Source: Octopus bimaculoides
Taxonomy: Eukaryota
DNA length: 64,000 nucleotides
Assembly: GCF_001194135.2 (NCBI RefSeq)
Contig: NC_068996.1
Span: forward strand, 22,154,134-22,218,133
Reading direction: 5' to 3'
In this document: one piece after another, positions 11,665-22,200 of the stretch
Position numbering within the stretch: position 1 is the stretch's first letter
Layout of the letters: the number at the start of each line of letters is the position of its first letter
The notes under the pieces: generated by a model
Databases searched by the model: none
Told to the model about the DNA's origin: nothing
What the model saw: only the letters and a program-made list of their open reading frames with translations
Program-made: the position numbers and the translations under genes

Positions 11665-14600
11665 CACTCACTCGCATATACAGACACATGCATATATTTT
11701 GACATTCAGCTTAAATAGCTATACCTTCTGTAAAATAAACTTACATGGCTTTCTGTTTTTGTTTTGTTTTTTTCAGCACATATTTGTGTGCAACCTAAAT
11801 ATGAAGGTGAAACTGTATCAAAAATAGCAGGAATTGAACTTGGAAAATTGGATGTAGAAGAAGAAGTATGTTTGTTTGTTTTTTTTTGTCCAGTTATTTC
11901 TCGTTGTTTTCTAACGATTTTGTCTTCTAATCTTTATTACCATTCTATATTTTCACATTTCAGATCACTCAAAACCTTTATGTGAAATGCATGGAAGTTA
12001 GTTTAAAAACAATTAATTTCAAAGTAAGTAAATATTCTGACACTTTTTTCTATTTTTTTTTTTCTTTTTAATTAAAACAACATAGTGTTGATAAGTATGT
12101 GTAATTATGATAACAGCAAGAGGGTGTAACATTGAGGGAGATGGCTTTGAGCCAGGTGATATGAGGGAGATTAAAGTGTGAGACAGGCTCAGGCATCTTG
12201 TTGTACAAGAAATACATGGTTACCCCCCATTAAAAAAGAGAGATATGGTGGTGGAGATATGTCAGAGTGTACCCTCAAGTTACATAAAGATGAATATTAG
12301 TGGTACCTAATTTTTTATGGTTAGATAGTATTGAAATGGTAATGATTGTGCATGATATTTTAATAGCTGAATATGTTGGCTGGCAGTAAGATAATGGTAG
12401 TTATTTTAAATGTTTACAAGTAATCTTTTTGAACTGATTAAGATTGTTATAGTAATTTAAATGATAACTAACAAATATGTTTTGAGGAACTCAAATATTC
12501 ACTAAATTCTGTCTTTTGTTAAATAAGAAAACATCATCATCATCGCCTGTCCATGCTTCTACAAGTTAAGAGGAAATTTGTTGAAGCAGATTTTCTAATA
12601 CCTGATACCCTTCTTGTCATAAACCCTGACTTTTTTTCAGGCAAAGTAATATTTCTCCTAGTCCTTTCAAACATCTGAACAGCACCTCTTGTATGGCAAT
12701 AACTTTTGTTTATAATTAGCACATGTCAAGATGAGGGGGCCACGAACAAGCACACAGTTGGCTTAACCCTTTAGCATTCAGACTCCTCTGTCAAATTTAA
12801 TGCTTATTTATTCACATTGTATTGAATTAATCAGGTGTTATCTTATAGCTTTGAGATTTCAATGACTTGATTGTTTATTATTAGAATAACATTGTAGGGT
12901 AGGTGTGAGAGGCTGGATGTGGTCAGTTTGAACATAAAACTAGTAGACTAGCTTATACCAGATACAACCTGTTTAAATGCTAAAGGATTAATGCAGTTTC
13001 TTATTTCTTTATTGCCTACAAGGGGCTAAACATAGAGGGGACAAACAAGAACAGAGAAAGGGATTAAGTCGATTAGATCGACCCAAGTGCGTAACTGATA
13101 CTTAATTTATCGACCCTGAAAGGATGAAAAGCAAAGTCGACCTCAGTGGAATTTGAACTCAGAACATAGCGGCAGACGAAATACCGCTAAGCATTTCACC
13201 CGGCGTTCTAACGTTTCTGCCAGCTCGCCGCCTTTANNNNNNNNNNNNNNNNNNNNNNNNNNNNNNNNNNNNNNNNNNNNNNNNNNNNNNNNNNNNNNNN
13301 NNNNNNNNNNNNNNNNNNNNNNNNNNNNNNNNNNNNNNNNNNNNNNNNNNNNNNNNNNNNNNNNNNNNNNNNNNNNNNNNNNNNNNNNNNNNNNNNNNNN
13401 NNNNNNNNNNNNNNNNNNNNNNNNNNNNNNNNNNNNNNNNNNNNNNNNNNNNNNNNNNNNNNNNNNNNNNNNNNNNNNNNNNNNNNNNNNNNNNNNNNNN
13501 NNNNNNNNNNNNNNNNNNNNNNNNNNNNNNNNNNNNNNNNNNNNNNNNNNNNNNNNNNNNNNNNNNNNNNNNNNNNNNNNNNNNNNNNNNNNNNNNNNNN
13601 NNNNNNNNNNNNNNNNNNNNNNNNNNNNNNNNNNNNNNNNNNNNNNNNNNNNNNNNNNNNNNNNNNNNNNNNNNNNNNNNNNNNNNNNNNNNNNNNNNNN
13701 NNNNNNNNNNNNNNNNNNNNNNNNNNNNNNNNNNNNNNNNNNNNNNNNNNNNNNNNNNNNNNNNNNNNNNNNNNNNNNNNNNNNNNNNNNNNNNNNNNNN
13801 NNNNNNNNNNNNNNNNNNNNNNNNNNNNNNNNNNNNNNNNNNNNNNNNNNNNNNNNNNNNNNNNNNNNNNNNNNNNNNNNNNNNNNNNNNNNNNNNNNNN
13901 NNNNNNNNNNNNNNNNNNNNNNNNNNNNNNNNNNNNNNNNNNNNNNNNNNNNNNNNNNNNNNNNNNNNNNNNNNNNNNNNNNNNNNNNNNNNNNNNNNNN
14001 NNNNNTTTAGTTGACAAATATATTTTATAAATAAATGGACAGGGATAAATAGATAGACAGATAAATAAATGGATGAAGTTCGAAATTTATATGGGGAGGG
14101 GTGAAATTTGAGCCCCTTATTAAACTTTATAACATTAATTATTAAACATTGTTTCTCATCAAATGGTGTATATTTAATTTACATTAATTTATTATTTACG
14201 ATTGTTTAAAGCAAACCAAAGTAAAATGCAAATTCTTTTCACTTTAATGTTTTTGTCTGTATTTAATTTTGATTTGCATATGTTCATCAATTCGCTTTCT
14301 CTTTAAAGTAAACAAAATCAAAAATTTTAATTGGGGTGGGGAGTGAAAGAGGTGGGATGAAATTTTTTTTTTTAATTATTTTTTTTTTGCATATTCGTAA
14401 TCTCCAACATCTAAAATGTAGGAATCTGAAAAAATATTTTCAAAAAAATGCATTTTTCAAGGAGAGGTGCAAAACTGCATTAGCCCCCAGGTTTGAAATT
14501 GTTTTGCAAGAGTTTTGATTTGAAACCATGTGTTGAAAACTGTATCAATAATAGCAATGAGGATGCTGTTGCTATTATTACTTTAAATCAATTTAAATAC

Positions 14601-16180
14601 TTCAATGTTTTTTTTTCCATTTCATTAGGAAATTAATTATTAATATATTTATTGTAAGCATAGTATCCTTGGTTCTAAGCTGTTAGCAATCCAACATATT
14701 GTTATATTTGGGAAGGGCCATGATTGTTGGATTGTACAAACATACTCAGCGGTTGTTGTTTGTCTATATTTCATTTCTCTTTCTTTTTCAAGACAGCTTG
14801 TTTGTTTATGTTGCCCAAAATATTTTTCACTGCAAAATATTTTATTTGTAGCCTTCTCAATAGGTATATACATTATTTTCTTTTCGATGTACATCCATCA
14901 AGAAGACTGTAACAACAGTTAAAAATGCAAGACCAAGCATTTAGCAAAAAATATTGGTGGTGGGTGGGGGCATAACAAAGCTTTAGAAAAACAAAAAGTG
15001 AAATATAGACAAATAACAACAGATGAGTGTTGTTTATAGATCTTATCAATCAATTTCTCTTCCTAAAGATGAAATTTTAAAAACCTATTTATACAAATTT
15101 AATTTAATTTTTCAGTTTGAACATATTGAATCAGTGTATTCTGGAGAGCACTTCCTCATCATTCAGGAGTTACATTGCACATCTACATGGCCTGTAGAAA
15201 TTGAGACCAGTGAATTACTATTAGTAAGATATGTTTCATTTATAAATTTATAACACTTTTCAGGGCAGGGTATTGACAAAATCATTAGAGAAGGGGAACA
15301 AATGCTTGCTTTGCCATATCTGTTCCAGCTCTTTATATTTTGAGTTCAAACTCCACTGATGTCAACTTTGCTTTTCATCCTTCTGGAGTTGATAAAGTAT
15401 CAATCATCTTACTGGGGTTGATATAATCAACTGTTCCCTTCAACCACCCAAATTCCTAGCCTTACGTTTTCTGTTAGATATTATTAATTCTAGCAAAATC
15501 AATAGGGGCTTTAGATTTGGCGTTAAGTGACCATCTTATCTCCAGTGATGAAGCCTCTACATGGTCACTTTATCTGCTTCAAATAGCAACCCAACTTCCC
15601 TCAAATCACACTATACCATCTTAAAATAAAAATAGTCTTTAGCAGTACAATCACTGGATTATTACACTTACTACGATGGCAGCAGTAGGGAATTGTCTGT
15701 GTAACTCAGACAGAACAAATATCAAAAGGGAATTTTGATCAAAGATTTATAATTTTTCTCATTGCTGTCTACATCTGTCAGTGAACTATATAGATCAATA
15801 AAAATACAACAAGCTTTCACTACCAAATTCTACTCACAAAGTTGTAGTACAATTTCACACTTACAAAGCTCATAGATATATTTATTTAAGATTCCATGGA
15901 ATGAAATTGAACTGGCAACTATGTGATTGTGAAACCCAAATTCTTCACCTACTGAAAGAAATCTGTTAGAACATCATCATCATCCCTGTCCTTGTTTTAA
16001 CATCCATTTTTTCATGCTTGCATGGGTTTAATGGAGTTTATTAAGAGAGATTTCCTATTGTCAGATACCCTTCCTTTTGCCAACCTTACACATTTCCAGG
16101 CAAAGTAATATTTCTCCAAGGCCAGACATGTTTTTGCAGAATATTGGAAATGAAAACTACAATTTATATGATGGTGACAC

Positions 16181-16219
<39 letters not shown>

Positions 16220-19200
16220 ACAGGCTTCTTTCAGAAGTCACTTGCTCAAAGTACCACTCATTGGAACTGAACCCCAAATCATGTGGTTGCCAAGCAAAAC
16301 TTCTTAACTGCACATCCACACTTATTCCATATTTATTCATTGTATCTATTTTTTTCCCCAGAAACCAATCATAAAACATGAAGATGAGGAGTATGAATCA
16401 CAGCTGAAAAATGGTAAAATCTAAGGAATATTGATCTGCTTTTATGTATTTTTGTTAAGTTTATCTTGAACAGAACATATTGGATATCTATCCTTTTTTT
16501 TTATAAATATTTTTTAATAAATATTTAACAGTTTAGCATTCATATTATTCTTACAAATATAATACTTATTTATTCACATTGTTTTGAATTAATCATGCAT
16601 TATCACATAGCTTTAAGATTTCACTGTGGTTTCATTTTTAGAATGACAGCATAGGGTAGGTGTGAGAGATTTGATCTAGCTTGTTCAAACATAAAGCTGG
16701 TAGAGTATTTGGGCTAGATATGGCTGGTTTAAATGCTAAAGGGTTAAACTTCATTGTAAGATAATTTTTTTGCAGTTTGAAATTTCATAAATGAAACATG
16801 TCATAAACTACTATGTAAAACTTGTAAAATATTCTAAATTCACCTTCAAACTGAAATCCAATGATAAAAAAAAATAATTAGCTTTTAAAGAATTTTAATT
16901 CAAGTTCAAGTTGCGGTTTTAATTTTTTTTTTTTTTTTTCTATTTATTCCCCCCAGTGTTAAGCATGCTGATACAAGAAGTTAAATGGCATGTTTTGACA
17001 TATAATGTTATGGTTGCATTAATATTTATTATATTCCATCTTGTTTTTGCACTCTATTCAAATTCAATTACACTTCTTTTACTAATCATAAAATATTTTT
17101 AAAAGAAGCTGTTTTTAGTTATTTTCAGTTTAAATTTTATTTTTGTTTTCTCTTTATATTTCTTCTACTTACCAGTGGTAATTGCCCGAAACGAATGCGC
17201 AACTGAATGTATTTGTTTACAAATATCTGTTAAAACACCTTCGACTGTTCCCTTAGGTTCATATAAGTTACATTGGAGGCGGTATGTAAATCTATGATTT
17301 TTTTTAACAAACCTTATGTTCAGTTTGGGACATATTTGACCTGTAAAAAGCCCATTTTCTCTGTGACATGTCATAGAGAAAGATTCACACTTTAAGCAAA
17401 AAGTGTAATACACCACTCATTTCAGAGCAGTCCCTATAGACTAATACATGCATTTCAAGCTACTTATAAAAAAAACTGGCACTCCATCAGTTACAACGAC
17501 AAGGGCTCAAGTGGGTCCAAGCAACCTACTCAAGAAATTAATGAGCAAGTGGCTGAGCGCTCCACATACATGCATACTCTTAATGTAGTTCTCAGGGAGA
17601 CTCAGTGTGACACAGAATGTGATAAAGTTGACCTTTTGAAATACAGGTACAACTCATTTTTGCTAGCTGAGTGGACTGGAGCAATAAAGTGAAATAATGT
17701 GTCTTGCTCAAGGACACAACATGCTGCATGGAATCAAACTCACAACCTTATGATTGCAAGCCAAATACTCTAACCACTAAGCCATGTGCCTCCATGCTCA
17801 AGCTGCTTATGTTCTCATCAGAATTAGATACCAAGATGGAGAACTCCAAAATGTCTGAAAACTTTCGCTTTCTTATAAGAAATCAACAGAAATTACATAC
17901 TCACATTGTACTGCAGCCTGGTGGCTGGAATAAAATATTTGGTTGACACATGTTGTGCTATGAAATAAACAAACTTTCAAATCAGTTCAAATATATTTGG
18001 GACATATTTAACATATAAAACGGACATTTTCACTGTGGTTTTGCTCTGGAGAAAAATTCTAACTTTTGTTCTGAAATGATTTTGCACCTTTTTTACAGGT
18101 CAGATATGTTGAAACATATTAACTATTATTAATAAAGCTAACTAATAAAATTACAGAAAATATGTTTTAAAAAATCCTGTGTTAATAGCAGAACCAAATT
18201 TTTATAAAAATTAAATTTTTGCATATAACCATTGCTAAATTGAACATTCATGCAACGTTCTTGTAATCTTCTACTATTAGAATAGTATTTATCTCTAATT
18301 TTATATTCTGTTAAAACACCTGTTCCTGTGTCTCTATCATACTTTCATATCAATTAATACTACCTACCACCACCATCACCACTACTCAGTTGAGAGATCT
18401 TATCTTGCAAGTTACTTGGTAGCCTCACTAATGCTGGTGCCTTGAAAAAAAGCACCCAGTACAATCTATAAAGTGGTTGGCATTAGAAAGAGCATTGAGA
18501 TGTAGAAGCTATTCTAGTACTGACATTGGAACTCAGCACAGATATTTGGTTCATGAGTTCATGTTGAACCATCCAACCCATGCCAGCATGGAAAATGGGA
18601 TGTTAAATGTTGTTGATGATATCTTGTGCCAAAATTAGAAGCAATCTATTTTCTTATTTGTTTTACTCTTTTCTACATCGAATGTTTTAATCTTTTCATT
18701 TTAATTGATAAGTTTGAAGTGTATTAGAAATTTATAGTAATTTAAGAGACTTTAAAAGCATAAATATATTAAGTCCTTTATGTTAACAATTTTTTTCTTT
18801 TGTCATCATTTGTAGGAAAACCGAAAATGATGATGGTATGTTGAGTCCATATGTAAGCACAGTCTTTCCACTACCAGCTTTGAACATTGAATGCATTCCG
18901 ATATCTGTTGGCCTCCATTTACCAGCTTTTGGTAGTGTAAAAACTTTGCTCCCTCTGATTTATGAAATCCATAACAAAACTTCTTTAATGCAAGAATTAG
19001 AAGCCGTCATGGAACCTAGTGACAGCTTTATGTTCTCAGGAAATAAACAGGTTTGTTATGCAAACAATTCTTTTATTCTTTTATTCTTTTACTTGTTTCA
19101 GTCATTTGACTGCGGCCATGCTGGAGCACTGCCTTTAGTCGAATCAAATCGACCCCAGGACTTATTCTTTGTAAGCCTAGTACTTATTCTATTGGTCTCT

Positions 19201-22200
19201 TTTTGCTGAACCGTTAAGTTACGGGGACCTAAACACACCAGCATCGGTTGTCAAGCAATGTTGGGGAGACAAACACAGGTACACACACACATATATATAT
19301 ATACATATATACAACGGGCTTCTTTCAGTTTCCGTCCACCAAATCCACTCACAAGGCTTTGGTCGGCCCAAGGCTATAGTAGAAGACACTTGCCCAAGGT
19401 GCCACGCAGTGGGACTGAACCCGGAACCAGGTGGTTGGTAAGCAAGCTACTTACCACACAGCCACTCCTGCGCCTAAATTGACTTATTTTTTTTATTATC
19501 TATAAAATCCCCTTCCAAAAATATAAAGTTAGTCTGAGAGTTTGCTTAGCCCAGTGATATGAATCTTTAATACTACAGCTCACACAACCAGTGGTTTGAG
19601 TCACATGACAGCAAATATGTTTAAGCTTGCAGTGTTAAGTGTCCGTTGCGACATACCAGAAACTGCTAAAGCTAGCAAGTTCACATTCTTTTCAGCATGG
19701 TTATTCATGAAAAAAAAAAATGATTGAAAAGAAGAATGTAATTTGAGGAACTTTCAACTGCTATTTCTTGTAGATAAATGGCTATAATAGATGTTATAGT
19801 AATTATCAGTGGTTATATTAAGTGGTTATTAGCAGCTATAACAGTGTTTATAGATATACTAGTTGGTATTTGCTAACTGTTATAGTGTTTTTGCTGTTTT
19901 ATTTAGTTCCAGATTAATCTTGGTTGAACAAGCTTATCATCAGAAACAATTTATGTTATAGCTATCATTATTTTAGGAATATATCAGACTACAATAATTA
20001 ATGCATACTTCTTTTTTTTTTTAAATGATGGAGTTAGAGTTGATCCTTTTGATACAATATTTATGTTGAAATAAAAAAAAATGTGAAGGCACATGGCTCA
20101 GTGGTTAGAGCATCAGGCTCACAATCATGAGGTTGTGAGTTCGAATCCAGACTGGGCTGCGTGTTGTGTTCTTGAGCAAGACACTATTTTATGTTGCTCC
20201 AGTTCACTCAGCTGTAGAAATGAGATACGATGTCGCCGGTGCCAAGCTGTATTGGCCTTTTCCTTTCCCTTGGATAACACTGGTGGCGTGGAGAGGGAAT
20301 GCTGGTATGCATGGGCGACTGCTGATCTTCCATAAACAACCTTGTCCAGACTTATGCCTTGGAAGGGGAACTTTCTTGGTGCAATCCCATGGTCATTCAT
20401 GACCAATGGGGGTTTTATCCTTTACCCTATGTTGAAATACACTACCTTTGTTTCAATGTATTTTGAGAGCAGCAAAGAATTTATTACAATAACTGATTAT
20501 GAAGCTAGTGTTTGGAGCATTAATTAACATGAAATTTTCATGGAAGATTTTAATTTAGACCACTTTAAAACTGGAACTTGTATCATAGAATCAATGGCAG
20601 TTTCAATGGCAGATCAGGGTTTCTAATAAAGGAGGTGACCACATACAAGCTCACTCATTGGTAACTATGGTTATTATTGATAACTATTATACTTTTTTAA
20701 TGACTATTTGTATAACAGTTACTATTTGTAGTGGCTATAATTCTTAGTATTGGTGGCTATGATATTGACTACTATAACAATTTGAATGGCTGCAGTACTT
20801 AGTATTGGTAGTTAGTGTAGTTATTTGAGTTTATAGTAGTTTAGTATCACCAAATACATCTAAAAATTGACCACATGAGTTGCAAGTACGATTCTGATTT
20901 CATAAGTTAATATTTTAGTTAATATTAGTCCAAATATTTCTTTTAATTTTTTTTTTTTATCAGAATGGTTGATGTGGTATACATTAAATGCATGCTTGTA
21001 ATTTTTATTACTTTTCATCTACATTTTTTTTTTTTTAAATATTTCAGATACATTTTCGTATCCCTCCTATTGGTCAGTATCAGTTGACCTATAACTTGTT
21101 TCCTTTAATTCCTGGTCATGTGAGCCTTCCTAAACTTCATTTAAACCTAAGTCAAGGAGGTGGTGGTACGGCTGCCGGAGACAGTATGGATGAAGTGCTA
21201 CAGAAGTTAATACCTTCTCATATATTTATTAAGGTAAATCTCTTATTAATTTTATTTCAATGGTTGTTATAGCTCTTTAAAAGGATTTTTTTACATTGCA
21301 CATCAAAACATTTGTTTTATCTCCCCATAGAACTACATTCCCACCTGGCCCCTAAACTTTTATCTTTTTTTTTTTTCCTGATGAAGGACTAGCATCTGAA
21401 ACATCAAATGCTTTTTCCCTTCCTTTTAAGTATTGTACTAATAAGCCTATTTTCCCATTGATTCCATGCTACATTGAGATCAAAGAGAAAGTAGGTCTTG
21501 CTTTAAAGAGTTCTACATTACAGCAAGATTTTCAGGAGATTGGTGCATCCATAAAATAGGGGATGTTTGTTTTATACACACACACACTTATTGAATAATA
21601 ATTTTTTGATATTATCTCTCAAGTATGATACAATTGTGTGGTTAAGAAGTTTGTTTCTGAACCACATTGTTTTGGGTTCAGTCTCATTGTATGGCACATT
21701 GGGCAAATGCTTTCTACAATAAACCTGGGTCAACCAAAGCTTTGTAACATTACTTGATAGTTGTAAGTGAATGTCACTATCATAAAAGTGGTGATGTTTG
21801 TTTCCAATCTTCCATGTCTGCCCATGAGGAAATGTTACTTTACTTGGCAATAAATAAGAGGGAAGGACATCTGACTAGAAAATCTACCTCAACAAACTCA
21901 AGCAAACCCATGCAAGCATATATATATATGTTGTTGTACTTGGGGATGGTCATATTGCCAGTTTAGCCAATAAAAGCCAATAAAAACACACGCACTGTAT
22001 ATTTGGTGTTAATTTGCTTCAGCTTTATATTACATTACATTACATTAATCATATTTCGGCCAGAGTTCTTTTGTCACACTTTTGCGACCTCATCAGTGGT
22101 TCTTTGCTTTCTTCTTTCTTATGTGTGTCTATGTTTTGTAAGTGCATGTGTGTGTATGGGGAGTGCCTGTATTATCTATATCCTCTGTTAATACATGTTC

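Noticed and set aside
13153-14017. Long ORFs of 285 and 269 aa (also those at 11105, 26010 and 59879)
   Set aside because: They consist mostly of N translated as X.
14864-14944. VYTLFSFRCTSIKKTVTTV... as the missing TRAPPC11 exon
   Set aside because: Only superficial similarity, too short, and reaches a stop without a convincing donor.
17165-17416. Minus-strand 83 aa ORF (also 4856-5200)
   Set aside because: Antisense shadows of real TRAPPC11 exons.
17813-17946. ELDTKMENSKMSENFRFL... as a TRAPPC11 exon
   Set aside because: No donor before the stop; the true homologous exon is 17176-17281.
20087-20160. Functional tRNA gene
   Set aside because: The tRNA-like head continues directly into a SINE core and tail.
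19760-20840. Degenerate TAG/TAT-rich periodic tracts (19760-19900 and 20660-20840)
   Set aside because: Decayed microsatellite; no consistent unit or structure found.
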